Below, piece by piece: positions 1 to 13,900 of a DNA stretch of 64,000 bases. The notes under the pieces were generated by a model. That model made no database searches and was not told where the DNA came from. It was given only the letters and a program-made list of their open reading frames with translations. Both the position numbers and the translations under genes were made by a program. The DNA is taken from NCBI GenBank assembly GCA_043228905.1, contig JBHGNT010000015.1:11780001-11844000 (forward strand), written 5' to 3'. Each line of letters opens with the position of its first letter. Positions within the stretch are counted from its first letter, which is position 1. The DNA comes from Azolla caroliniana (lineage: Eukaryota > Plantae > Polypodiophyta).

Positions 1-11
1 TCGTCCTCTCG

Positions 12-1841
12 TTATTGGGCGTTGTCATCTTTTGTCCGGATGTGCTGAGCCACCTCCGTAGCCAATTTCTCTTCAAGCGTTTTTACGGCTTTTTGTCCGT
101 TAGCCCGTATCTCCTTTTCTCTGTCGGAGGATTGGCGTAGTTCTGCTCGAAGACGGTCAATTTCGGATTCCGCTAGCTGCACGGCTCTTTTTGCTTTTGA
201 GGCGATGGCGGTCTGAGCCTCGATTTCTTCTTTGAGAGCGTTGATAACGTGGTTCGGTGGCGGGGTTTCGTGTTGCGCCGTAGTCGTGTGAGCTTCGAAC
301 TCCGCGATGCGTGCGTTGGCCTTTTGTAATTCGGCTTCGACCAGTTTAACCTTCTTCCAGACATTCTTATTTTTTATGGCCATCTCCTTGGCGCCCGTAC
401 TGACCTTTGCTAGTTCCCGATGGACTTCAACTAGGGCCGTGTTTAAGGGTGGTATCTCCATCCCTACTCGTCGTACCCCGACGTTCCTCTGTCTGCCGAC
501 CCTGGCTAGCCGGTCCTCATCATCGCTCTCTGTTGTTTGTGTTAGGGCGCGCTCTATTATCTGACGTTCTGCATGCTCCTCGGCCATTCGTTGGGCGGCT
601 TTGACCTGTTGTGTTGCTAGGAACTCCATGAGCTCGAAAGAGGTACCGAACTGCAAGAGGGCGCTGAATTCGTGGGCCGTATCCAGAATATCCAGATATG
701 CCAAAACCTCGCTTTCCGCCGTCAATACTGCTTTCCCTCACTGGAACTGAGTCGTAATAATCGGTCGCAGCTCCCGGATGATTTCGAAGGTAGTATTCGG
801 CTCTGCTATTGCGGGGCCTTCGCCTGCTGTCGGTGCCTCCGGATCCGTGGGGGCGTTTTTTACCAACCCCCGCCCATCTTTTCTGTCCAATCTATGCCGT
901 TTTGGTCTAGGGCTTTCCCCCCGTGCTTCGGTGTCTGGTTCTGGGGCTACCTCCATGGGGTGTCTCGGCTGTTCCTCCTGCGTCACCCGTGTATCCGGTT
1001 GGTCGGTAGGAGGTGTTGTCCTTGGGCCTGGTTGGGCCAGTTGGGGTTCCTCCTCCCACTCTCGGGCCGCTAACTCCGCTAACCTGCATTTCACGGAGCG
1101 GGGCGGAGCCGTGGGTTGGCTGGGTTGTGGTGCTGGTAGGCCTCGGGGTGGAAACAGTACTGTAAGGTATTGTTGGATGATTAGCCTGTGCTTTTTGCCT
1201 ACTTGGTACACATGCAAGCCTTCCCTTAACCCTGGCCCTATGATGACCCCCCAGTCGACTGTACGCCCCTCAAAGGTGTCGATAATGATGGCCACCTTCT
1301 GTTTAGGCATCCTGTAAGCGTTGACATGGACGCAGCCTACTTCCAGTAGGAACTTGGCAAATTCACGGAAGAAGGGATCCGGAATCTGTTTTGTTCTATA
1401 GGCTTTGGCGGAGGATGAGTATGGACCAAAATACCGCTGCAGCGCCTCTGTAGGAGGTTTTTCGAAATGTCTTTCGCCTAGTGAGGATAGGTCTAACTTC
1501 TTCCGAATGGAAGAGTTGGTGACCGTGTCGATGTTAAGCCGCCTGGCGATGTCCATGGCGTCCGGGTGCGGAGGTGCTTCTGCGAACCGAATGTAACCAT
1601 CCAGACGCTTCTCCACGAGCCATCGGCGTAGGGCAGTAGAGATGAAGATCGACATCGCCAAAGTAGGTTCGTGGAGAGGAGACGGGTAGCAGTGGTGAGT
1701 TGGAGCTCTGAGATGTGATGGGGAAGAAGGTGAGGAGGAGCGATGGGAGCGTTGATAGCTAGACGCTGTGTTTCTGCTTTGTGCAGAAAACCTTCTATTT
1801 CCTTCTTTTTGTGGCTTAGGGTTCATTGGGCGGTGAGCCAT
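12..1841 (-). pseudogene. Extra ORF downstream of integrase, with a Pro/Glu-rich linker and a coiled-coil C-terminal part; function unknown
   Basis: ORFs 738-1841 and 12-725 are in the same frame and separated only by one TGA (TQFQ*GKAVLTAESE); heptad-like charged helix in 12-500. Confidence 0.7.
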
Positions 1842-2053
1842 CGTGGTGCCGCGTGTTCTTGAACTAGGAGTTTGTGCATGCCTTTACTCGTTTTAATAGT
1901 CGCTATCTTCTCTTCTTCTTCTTCTTTTTTTTCATAACGGTTAGTTACCCCCTATTTTTACATTAAAGTACAATTGGGCCTGTCCCTTTTATGCTGCGGG
2001 TTCTCCGGCTTTGTCCCGTTCGGCGGTGAATGGGTTAGGTGGCGTAGGGCCCT

Positions 2054-5000
2054 AGTAAGGTTTGAGCCAAAACCCATTCACTTTTTGCCGTACTATTTCT
2101 CCAGCCAGTGTTCCTAGTTAGAACGTGCCCTGTTCCGCTCCAATTATCCAGTATGGGCCGGTCCAGCGGAAACGTAGCTTACCCGGCATCTGGCCCATGC
2201 GCGTTTGAAAAACTAGCACCGTTCGGCCTACGGCGAACTCCTTTTCCCTTGCGCTCCGATGTCGATCAACAAATGCTTTACGCCGTCGTTGTTCTTCTTC
2301 CAACATAGGCATGTTGTGGACGCGTTTCTCCCCTAGTTCAAGGAGTTGATAGAGCCGTTCCTCCTCTGACTTGGCTTCTGATAATCGGTTCCGTACCTGA
2401 ATGCACAAACTAGGTACCCGAAATTCGACCGGCATCACAACTTCTAGTCCAAACGCTAGCCAGAATGGTGTTGACTGTATGCTTGTTTTGTAACTAGTTT
2501 TGTACGCCCATAACGCACTCTGGAGTTTGGTATCCCAGTCCGTTCTATTTTCATTGACGGTTTTCTTCAAAATGGTCTATAAAGTTTTGTTCGTGGATTC
2601 CGCTAATCCATTCGCTTGTGGGTAGTATGGCGTGCTTTTCTTGTGGACGACTGCGTAATGCTGTGTTAGTTCCCGAACCACCGTATTGAGGAAGTGGCTC
2701 CCCTGGTCACTGATGAGCTCAATCGGGCAACCGAACCGGCACCAGATGTGCTCGTACAGAAATTTGGCTGTGACGGCCGCCGTATTTTCCCGTAGTGCCT
2801 TTGCTTCTACCCATTTGGTACAGTAATCCGTGGCTACCAATATATATTTGTTGCCCGTACGGGCTGCTTCTAGTGTGAAGGGCCCCACAAAATCCAATCC
2901 CCACTTTTGGAAGGGATCCAGCAGTAATACGGGCTGGTGTGGCATCCTTGCGTCCTCCGCGGGCTGACCCATCCGCTGGCACAAATCACACTTTCTACAA
3001 TACTCGGATGCGTCCTTCTGCGTTGTTGGCCACCATAAGCCCGCCTGCCAGACTTTGCGGGCTGTCACGTTGCTCACGTAATGGCCGTCGGCCGTGCCGC
3101 AATGTGCCTCCCGTAAAACTGCTTCTTTTTCATCCTGACAGACTCCACGTCGCCAAATGCCATCACTTCCTTTGTGATATAAATACCCTTCGACCAGGCA
3201 AAAGTGACGGCTTCGGACGGCTAGTCGTTTCTTCTCGTCTGTGCGTAATTGTGGTGGAGGTAGTCCTGTAGTCAAAAAGTACGTCATTTCCATAAGCCAT
3301 CGATCCGGAAAGGTGGCTTCCATTTTTTCTGCAAATGTCGCTACTCGCCAGATGTTGGCGTCCGGAAAATCGTCGTCGTCTTTCTGTACTGTTTCTCCAT
3401 TCTCAAGTCTGCTCAAAAAATCCGCCACTGCGTGTTGCGTCCCTGGCCGGTGCTGAATTACGAACTCAAATTCCTGGAGCAGCAACCAATTTCCCTGTCA
3501 GGGCTTGTTTCTCCACCAAATACAATAATGCCGAATGATCCACGTGGAACGTGAATTTCCGTTCTAGTAAATAATGTCGGAATTTATTGATGCTATAGAT
3601 CATCCCTAGTACCTCCCGCTCTGTTGTGGAATAGTTACGCTCTACTGTTGATAATTTACGACTTGCGTAGTATACTGGCCTGTACCAATTTGGTTCGGTG
3701 AGTTGCATTAGCGCGCTTCCTATTGCTATGTCTGAGGCGTCGACGAACACGTGGAATGGCTTCGCCCAAACTGGAGGTTGTACTACGGGCACCTGCGTGA
3801 GCATAATCTTAAGTGCCTCATAGGCCTTATCCTTTGTTGCAATCCATTGGAAAGGAGTCCGATGTACGGCAGCATGTAGTGGCATGGCGAAGTCCGCCAA
3901 ATACCGTATCATCCGACTATGCCACCGTATTTGGCCCAGAAACCTGCTAAGTGCTTTGGCATTTGTTGGAGTTTTAGCTTGCGTAATAGCGGAGATCTTG
4001 TTTGGGTCGACCGCTATTCCTTCCTTGCTGACTATGTGGCCTAGGAGAGTCCCGCTGGTCACGCCGAAGGCACATTTCGCGAGATTCAGGCTTAAGCGTG
4101 CGGTGCGGCAACATTCCAGGCAGAGACGTAAGTGCGAGAAATGGTCTTTTGTTCGCCCATATACCACAAAATCGTCTAAAAAGACTTGCATGAACGCCGA
4201 AATGTATTCCCCAAAGATCTCCGTAATCGTTCGTTGGAATGTTGCCCGTGCTTTCTTTAACCCGAACATCATGACGACCGCCACATATACTCCCCAGTCC
4301 GTGACAAATGTCGTCTTCTCCTGGTCGTCGGGGTGCATACGTACTTGGTTATAGCCACTGAAGCCATCTAAGAAACTGTACATGTCATGGCCTGCGACGG
4401 CGTCTAGCACGCTATCGGTGAAGGGTAAGGGAAATGCGTCCGTAATGGTTACGACGTTTAATTTCCGGTAATCCACGCATACCCGTATTTTGCCGTTTTT
4501 CTTTGGGACAACCACTATCGGGCTAAGCCATGTCGCTTGTTTTACTGGCCGTATGAACCCAACCCTCAGTAGCTTGTCAATTTCTTCTTTCACGCGGGTC
4601 GCGTAATTGGGGTTCATGCAGTAGCGACGCTGCTGGACAGGTTTCGCGTCCGTTGCTAAATTGATCTTATGCTGATAGAACTTGGGATCTAAACCCTTCA
4701 TGTCCTCATGAGCCCACGCGAACACATATTTATATTCCGTGAGTAGTGCGATCATTGTGGTTCTCTGGTCCGGCCTCAATTCCTTTGCTATGGAGAGGAA
4801 CCGGGGTTCCGATCCCGTACCCATATTTACTTCGTCGAGAGCGGAAGCGGTGACCCGTCGTGAAATCTCCATTTCCCTTTCGAAGGCCGCCCGTGCTCTG
4901 CTGAGTTCCAATATGGACTCTGGGTTTGGTTCGTGCGGCTCTTCGCTCGGAACAATGGCCGTAGTATATTCTGTCGCAGTTGCGATGACATCTATCTCGA

Positions 5001-6764
5001 ACAGTGGAATAATCCGAGGATGTTCGTCAAGGTACGCTTCCAATTCGGCATCCTCCACCCCAGCCAGCATATTGATGTCTTCCGCATACAACGGTGTTAT
5101 CCCCTTAGGTTGGGGCGTGTTGCCTTCCGTAGGAACACGAACCTTGATGCGTCCCTGCCGGAAACTGATACACTCGTGTTCCCAGCTCTGCTTGATATTT
5201 GTTGTCCGAAGCCATGGTCTGCCCAGAAGCACTGGGTACACTCCTAGCGCATCCAAAGTGAGGACGACCGTCGATATGTCGAAGCGGTGTCCGCCCACGA
5301 TGATGCCTATTTTGCGAATTAGCCCCAACAGTCGCACTAATCGGGTATCTGCCATGCGAAGCCAGAATGGACACGCCTCCCATTCGGAAATGTCCAACTG
5401 TTCGCAAGTTTTCGCGCTAATCACATTGACGCCTGAGCTGCCGTCGATTACACATCCAGGGACTTCCTGTCCGTGCAATATTACTGTAATGGCCGGGTTG
5501 TGCTGATCCACCACTGGTGGTCCCTCGCTGACGTCAGTCAGGTTTGTGGCAACGCTCGCCCCGGTCATGCCCGCCACCTGTGCTTCCATGGTCTGGCGGA
5601 AACGTGGAACTAGCAGTAGCAGTTTTTCCATAGTTAACGTGATTTCACAGCCTGCTAACACCTGCCAAATGGGGTCCAGCCCCGGTTTTTCGTTCTCTGT
5701 CCGCTTCATTGCGTTCGAGGACTCCTACCTCATACGTTCCGTATTGGTCACGTTTGCTTTTTCCACCCAGGCTTGCTGGCGTGTCGTGACTTGTTGCACC
5801 TCCGCCGTAATCGTGTTGACGGCAGGCCCCTTTCCCTTGCATGCTAGGCATTGTGTGGCATAATGTCCGAGTTGCTGACAAATAAAACAATGGATGCTTG
5901 ATTCTCCCTTCTCAGCCCCAGGTACAATGTGCAGTTCTCCGGCCTCATTTGTCGGGACGTACGCGGTGGCTGCTATTGATCCCGTCGTTGTTCCTGGTGC
6001 CGCTCATCCCCCGAGCTTTCGTCATAACGCCGGTGATCCCTATATTTTCGAGGCTTACCCCGATAGCCATTGAAGCCGCCCCATTTGTTTATCGGGCGTT
6101 GATGTCCGTATCGCCGACCCCCTTTGGCATAACTCGGATGTCCACGATAATCCTCATCCTCCGGGTCCTCCTCCTCGGACTCATTGTGATTCCGGCGATT
6201 CCGGTTGTACCTGTCCTCCCGCGGGTTGCGATCCTTATACCGGGGTTGGTCTTCTTGCCTCCTTTGTTCCGCCCGATATGGTTGCAGCTGTGTGTCCATG
6301 CTACGGATTGCGGGCGTGGCTCTGTTTAACATATTGTACTCGCATTGGTCGACTGTGTGAACCTTCGAGTGGCAGATTGGGCAGTGGATTCGTATATTGC
6401 ACTCCACCGCGGAATGCCCCGAGTTCAAGCAAATCGTGCACTGGATTGCCTGACGAAATTGGCGTTCCTTATCTTGAGGTAACGCTTGTTGGAACCCTCT
6501 GGTGGAAAAAATGCAAGAAGGCGAACTGCAGCTAATCGAAGGTTGTTATGGTTGGTAAATCCATCTGTGAATGCCAGAACACCGCACGCCCATCTAATGT
6601 TAATCCGAACTCCGTCATTTTTTACTGGTGTGCACCCGTCTCGGAAAGGTTCTGTGCCATGTGGTTCGCATTCCAAACGTTCAAGAACATGCGAATATGA
6701 GTTGTGGCGTCGGTTTCGCCATTAAAGCGGGGGTAGGCAAAGGCCATCGTGGGAGCTACGGCGG
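2054..6764 (-). pseudogene. Disrupted gag-pol of the gypsy element
   Basis: ORF pieces 5973-6428 (CPICHSKVHTVDQC), 3466-5709 (AP-RT-RH), 2577-3485 and 2118-2570 (integrase, HHCC and DFVGP, split by an in-frame TAG); frameshift near 3480. Confidence 0.9.
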
Positions 6765-7035
6765 ATCGGAAAAGGTCACCGGGTGACTGCGGTAAGTGTG
6801 GTCCCCTCGCCTCGTCGAGGTATTTGGGGAGCAAGGAATCCCCTTTGCACTCCTGGCAGGTATTACTGGGGTCGCCGATGCGCGGCTTTTGCCGGGCGTG
6901 TTCTTCTGCCTGGCGTGTGACGGACCTTGTTATTGGCCGGTCTTGTCTTGTTGGTTCTCTGGGTCGTCTGCGGCTAAACATCCATTCGTTGTTGCTCGTC
7001 TGTGAGGAAACACAGATCACCAAGCGTGCCAAAAG

Positions 7036-7475
7036 TGTTGCCTCTTAGGAACACGGTCCATGGTCAGTCCGTCGACCTAGACCCCAAGGTGAGTGGGAAC
7101 AACAAACAGAGCTTAAGCGTACTGCGTAAGAAGAGAACCATTGTGGTTCCTCCGTGTGTAAGGGGAGACGGCTACAACCGACTCCTTATCACAGGTTGCG
7201 CTTACGTACTACTACGCTTACATATCCGAGACACAGACACTGAATTAGTCGTAGCTATACACAGAAACTCAGAGAAGATAGTATTCTATTATCAGGCGTT
7301 CTTTTACAATTCTCAAAATTTACACGCACCTCCTTAAGAGGTTTTCTACCCTTTATATATGCAGGGTCTAATTAGCCGTTCACGCGGGGAAGCGTGAACC
7401 GTTACATACGTTACGCTTTATATAGTTTCTTATTCCTACGCTTTTGGCCGTCGGTTACTATTCCGGCGGACAACA
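7036..7475 (-). repeat. 5' LTR of the gypsy element (440 bp)
   Basis: TGTTG/CAACA termini, adjacent PBS, TATA-like motif near 7353. Confidence 0.85.
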
Positions 7476-7908
7476 AGTGGAAGAGATGTGTGTTATGTGT
7501 ATGTGTGAGAGGAAAGAGGAGAGGAGAGAAACACAAGATAGATAAGAGACAAAATGAAATACTCAAGAAGAAGGAGATGTATATTAAGAAGGAGAATATG
7601 ATAAATGAAAATGTAGCATTACAAGGAGTCACAACCGACTTAGTATGAAGTATGAGGAGGGTGCTTTATATAGAGTCACTCTCTCTCTCTTCATTAACTT
7701 TACAACAACCACTCTCTCTCTCTTGGGGAATGTGAAGACTCACAGTCATGGGGAATATGTAACTCATTAGTTATGTGTCATAGAATATGATTCTATGACA
7801 CATAGTTAATGTGTAGAGAGTAGTGGTGTGACTCTTGACTTTTGAGTAATCATAGATTCTCAAAAGGTGTGTTCACACGTTGTGCTATGTTGAGCTTGAT
7901 TCTCAACA
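7476..7908 (-). repeat. Partial copia-type LTR, interrupted by the gypsy element and itself inserted in a chromodomain
   Basis: Ends TGTTGAGCTTGATTCTCAACA, like the copia LTR ends at 43481-43501 and about 63235-63254; truncates the chromodomain at LYYLVCWLG. Confidence 0.7.
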
Positions 7909-10900
7909 AACCTAACCAGCACACGAGATAATAAAGTTTCTTACGTACTATCTTGGAGTCCAGAACAACTTTGACTTCGAATTCTGGGCCATCAACAAGT
8001 TGAACCGGAGGTGGGGGTAGAACAACCCGATCTGGAATGGAACTAGCATTGTAAGGTTCCAAAAATGAGACATGAAATACTCGGTGTAGATGCATGTGTG
8101 GGGGTAGATCAAGGTGGAATGCAACATCATTGATTTGATGAGAGATAATAAATGGACCAAGCCATTGATAATCCAACTTATCACAAGGTCTAGTGGTCTT
8201 CACATTACGTCGTAATAGCCATACACGATCCCCAATTCGAAATTTTGGTTCCTCTGGTGAGGAGTCAAGACAATGACAATCTGCAACCTTCTTGTGTGTG
8301 GCTTGACCTGTATGCAAATGGTGAGAAAGTGCAACATGAACTTCTTGGAGTTGGAGTAGACGGTCCTCAGCGGTAGGATTTTTTGAGATTTCTGAATGTT
8401 CGATCATCATCCAATGGGGATGATATCCTATGTTTGCAAAAAATGGAGTAAATCCTATTGAGGAATGAACCGAATTATTGTATGCAAACTCTGGAAAGTG
8501 TAAAAAATCCACCCAATCATCCTGTTGATAATTGATGAAACATCGAAGATATTGATCTAGAGTTTGATTTGTGCGCTCGGTTTGACCGTGACTTTGTGGA
8601 TGATAGCTTGAAGAAAGTTTACAAGAGACTTTGAGCATCTCAAGCAAGTGTTTCCAGAATTTTGAGATGAATTGTGGGCCACTATCACTAATAATGTCAT
8701 TTGGAAGACCATGAAGCTGAAAATACTTCTTTCATAATGATGTCTACAGTTTCTTTAATGTTGATAGTTTTCGTGCATGGAAGAAAATGCGCCATCTTTG
8801 TGAATCGATCTACTACAGTGAGGATAACATCAAAACTCTTTGAAAGTGGAAGATATGTTATAAAGTCCACACAGATGGATTTCCATGGACCAATAGGAAC
8901 TGGCAATGGATGTAATAACCCATATGTTCGATGTCACAGAATATTTGACCGACAACACACGTCACAAGTACGAACATAATCCTCAACAAACTCCCGAAGA
9001 TGAGGCCACCAATAGTTTCGAGAAACTAGCTCCAAAGTTTTGTGGATTCCAAAGTGACCAGCCATTGGGTTGTCATCACAATATTACATTACTTGGAGTC
9101 GAGATGAACCATTGGGGACATACAAAAGAGTGTTACGAAAAAGTAACCCATTTTCCTATTGAAACTGGTTATAATCTTTACAAGGATACTTGGATTTTGA
9201 AGAAGACACACGGTCTGAAATGATATGATTCAATACATCTTGAGAAAATTCATCAGAAATGATACCTATTCGGATTGAATCAAGGAACCTGAAATCTTCA
9301 GGTGCTTTAGAGGCATTAATAGTCAATAGTCGAAACCGATCAGGCCCTAGGATGACTTGCTTTTGATGATCAAATGTGGGCTCACCTAGTTGTGGCGCTA
9401 AATAAGATCGTCGTGATAGAGTGTCCGCCTTTCATTGTTGTACTCCAGGGCGATATGTGATGAGGAAGTCAAAACGCATCAGGAATTGTGCCCAACGAGC
9501 TTGGCGTCGACTCAAAACTCTAGCATTTTGAAAGTATGTGAGATTTTTATGATCATTGTAAACAATAATTTGGTGGGGAGAACCTTCTAAGAGATGACTC
9601 CATTGCTCAAACGAGTCTATAATGGCCAGGAGCTCTTTTTCGTGAATCTCATAATTGATCTCTATAGCTTTGAATTTGCGTGAATGGAAAGCAATTGGAT
9701 GCAACTTTCCGTCATCTCCAACCTGGGACAAGATACTTCCTAGTGCAAAATCAGACGCATCCGCCTCGATGATAAAGGGTTTTTCTAGGTCAGCATGAAG
9801 TAGAATAGGAGCGGAAGTGAATGCTCTCTTTAGGTTTTCAAAATCTTTGGCCGCATTGGAACTCCATGTGAACGACTTGTTCTTTTGTGTAAGCTCCGTG
9901 AGAGGCATCACGATGTTCGAGTAGTTCTTGATAAATTTGCGGTAAAAATTCGCAAATCCTAAGAAACACTGAACATCACGCACTGAGAGAGGTGTTTCCC
10001 AATTTAGAATTGTATGCAGCTTGAATGGATCCATAGATATACCTTGTTGTGAAACCACATACCCTAGAAACTCCACGTGGTTTTGATCAAAGCTACACTT
10101 CTCGAGTTTGGCATAGAGCCCATATTCTCGTAAGCGTTGGAGGACTTGGCGGACATGTGTGTCATGCTCTTCTTGACTTTTTGAGTAGATCAATATGTCA
10201 TCAAGATATACTATGGTAAATGAATCCAAGAAGTCGCGAAAAATATCATTCGCCATGTGTTGAAAAACTGTGGGCGCATTCGTGAGACCAAAATGCATAA
10301 CCGTGTACTCGAAATGTCTGTATCGAGTACGGAACGTTGTCTTCCATTCGTCTCCTAGACGTATCCAAACAAGGTTGTATGTGCCTCAAAGGTCTAGCTT
10401 TATGAAAACTTTAGCTCCACTAAGACGCTCTAGTAAACTCGATATCAAGGGTAGAGCATATCTATTTCGAACTGTGATTTTGTTTAAACCTCGATAATCC
10501 ACGACCAATCGTAAAGACCCATCTTTCTCCTTGACAAAGAATATGGGTGCACCAGCAGGGCTTTTAGAATGTTAAATGAATCCATTTGCTAGGTGCTCAT
10601 CTATATACTCTCGAAGGGCCTTGAGTTCAGAAGGTGATAGATTATATATTGGGCCCCATGGTGGCTCTTTCCCAGGTTGTAGATCGATCAGACAATCATA
10701 AGGACGATGGTTTGGAAGAGAACTAGCTTTAGTTTTGTTGAAGATGTCTTTAAAATCCAAGTACTTAGTAGGGAGGTGAGTACATGCCCCTTGTGAACTA
10801 GAGGATGGATTTGCCGTTATTGCAAAGACAAACATTTCATTTGTTCGCCCGTCTTCTCATAAGTTTTGTAGAGATATGAGCGAGATTTGGTGAGGTTTTG

Positions 10901-13900
10901 AATCTTGGTTGGTAGTAACAAAGCTGTTGGATTCAGGTTTCTGCTGGAAATCATTGATTGCTCGATTTCTCCAGTCAATTTCAGGATTATGAAGCTCAAA
11001 CAAAGGCAAACCAAGGATAACCGGATGCTCAGGTCTACTAATTATATTGAAGGAAATCACACAAGCAAAGCTACCAAGTGATAGGGTGTTTAAGACAAAG
11101 GGTAATGTTACACTATATGAGGGCTTGACCAAACCGGTTAGATCGAGTTATGACTCATAATATATTATATAGATCAAGGTATCTACGAATGAGAGAGAGA
11201 GACTCAAGAAATTAAGAGAAAAGATAGAGAAGATGAGAAAGAGATAAGATTGTTATGATATTCCAATATCAAGACAATACAAAGGAGATAAACTCCACAT
11301 TCAACTAAGAAACCAAAGACCTTACTACCAATCACTCAAACCCACAATTAAGACCCTTCCTCTTCCACTAAGACCCTTCTTCCTAATCCTCCCTCTCCTC
11401 TATTAGGATCCTCTCCCTATTAGTCCCCCCCTTCCACTAAGACCTTTCCCTAAGACTCTTCCTCCTCTATCCGGACCTCCACTTCTTCTTTTAAAATTTT
11501 CTTCTTCCTCCTCGTTCACGCTATTTTTAGAAGCTTTTTATCTCCTATTTTTTGCTAAGATCCAACGACCTTCTAATCTTCATATCTCCCACTTCAAATC
11601 TTCCATTTTATAATTGGAACTTTCTTGTAACCATGCGTTGAACTCTTGCATAAATTCTTCCTTTTTTTCAACACTCAATTGCCGAAGCTTTGGGGAAATT
11701 GATAGACTTTCCTTCAAGTTGATGTGGTATTTGTTGCAAGCTTCTCCTCTTATCACAAAACACTTGATGAACACATCCTCCATTATGCTTGTGCAATGCA
11801 CCACTCCACTATCTACTACAACCACCCTTGTTGAAGATGTCCTACTAATAGGAATTCCCACTTTGTTTACCACAAATTCAGAAATCAAGCTTACTCTAGC
11901 ACCACTATCAACCAAGGAATCTTTGATGTGAAACCCTTTGATGGAGATGGGGATGGTTGGTCGTATGTCCTTTCGATATTCTACTCCCACGATCACCACA
12001 TAATGCACGGTCTTCTTACTTTGGCGGATACTTGCAAGCTTTCCCCAATCCTTTCGTAATGTGGGAGATAATTGGAGAAGTTGTGGCCATGTTATCCTTG
12101 GTCCACTTGATATCAACTCATGTTTCAAATTGAAAGCTTCTACACCTTCACCCATAGGAATGTCCTCCATCTTGATCTTCCTTCTAGAGTGTCTCCTTCT
12201 CAATTTCTCCTCTTTCTCATTCTCCTTAGACTTCTTCTTTTGTCTTGAGGCACTAGATTCTCCTTCAACTTCTTTCTCCTTTTGCGAGGACCTTGTCCTT
12301 TTCACAGGAGTTACTTCACAATCACTATCACTATCATCAATAACATTAAGAAGATTCACATTATGAGGAATTGTAGGAACTTGAGCCATAGGAAGTGTTA
12401 TGGATTCGCCTCCTTCGACTCCATTGTTGATAGCTCGTTGTCCATTCCATTGCACATGATACATGCCTCTTCCCATGCATCTTTGTTGTCGATGAGGACA
12501 TCTTGTTGAAATGTGTCCCTCCTCTTGACAAGAATAACAAATTACACCTTGATGACCTCTAGAGCCACCACCATCGGGAATGGTGTTGTGAATTGCTTGG
12601 GATTGTTGCAAGTGGGTTATCACTTCATCAAAGTGCTTCACCAATGCCATTGTATCTTGTTCACTCTTCACTTGTTCCACTTCTTGAGATATACTTGTTG
12701 GGTTTATTGTTGTGGTGGTATACAAATTTGGAAACACTTGTCCACCATGCACAATTGAAGATGAGGCTTGAAAGTTGGCATGAGGCATCAAATTTGCACC
12801 CAAAGCCATCATTTGTGGGTCCCCCATGGAACTCATCATCTTCACTTATCGATCATAAACATGACAAACTTGAATGAGAGCTTGAAAAGATGTAGGATCC
12901 TTCAAGTTTGCCTCCAAACAGAAATACATATCAAGACCCATCTTGGATCGTTCCATTTTAAACCACTTGTCTTCAGTGCCACCACGAAGACGAATCCATG
13001 TTCTCCACAAATCCTTGAAATTTCTTTCATACTCAATGAAACCAAAAGGTGATTCCATCTTTCGTCGAAAAAACTCCCCTCTTACTTCCGTTTCACTTCG
13101 TCATGGAATGTATCTGGAACAAAACTGGTGTACCAACAATTGATATTCTCCTTGTTCGTTTGGTGGAAGACAGTCATACCAATCTCGAGCTCGACCATAG
13201 AATGTAGCTACCAACAAGGGCAACTTTTCATTGTCGGTGACGCGTCCAATAGAGATGGTATGATACTCAAAGGATGCCAAAAAGGCACCAACATCTTGTG
13301 TTCTTTCACCCGAAAACGCGAACTGCATAGCTAAGTTAATGTAGTAGTGTAACACAACGAAAGGATAAGTTCTCCCTCCTATACGGAAAGGATCGACCCT
13401 CCTTGGAGCGCCAAAGTGATACAGTGTTTAAGACAAAGGGTAATGTTACACTATATGAGGGCTTGACCAAACTGGTTAGATCGAGTTGTGACTCATAATA
13501 TATTACATAGATCAAGGTATCTACGAATTAGAGAGAGAGACTCAAGAAATTAAGAAAAAAAAAGAGAAGATGAGAAAGAGATAAGATTGTTATGATATTC
13601 CAATATCAAGACAATACAAAGAAGATAAACTCCACATTCAACTAAGAAACCAAAGACCTTCTTACTACCAATCACTCAAACCCACAATTAAGACCCTTCC
13701 TCTTCCATTAAGACCCTTCTTCCTAATCCTCCCTCTCCTCTATTAGGATCCTCTCCCTATTAGTCCCCTGCTTCCAGTAAGACCTTTCCCTATGACTCTT
13801 CCTCCTCTATCCGGACCTCCACTTCTTCTTTTATAATTTTCTTCATCTTTCTCGTTCACGCTATTTTTAGAAGCTTTTTATCTCCTATTTTTAGCTAAGA

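Larger units (their letters stand above)
1..7475 (-). mobile_element. Ty3/gypsy non-chromovirus LTR retrotransposon (Athila/Tat-like group), runs off the left edge of the window
   Basis: 5' LTR 7036-7475 (TGTTG...CAACA); adjacent PBS TGGCACGC (7024-7031); gag with zinc knuckles, then protease (VIDGSSGVN), RT (FLDDF), RNase H and integrase with a GPY motif; no chromodomain. Confidence 0.92.

Noticed and set aside
3884-5863. Long plus-strand ORFs opposite pol (also throughout 33.8-37.8 kb and 43.5-48.8 kb)
   Set aside because: Antisense shadows of GC-rich retroelement coding sequence
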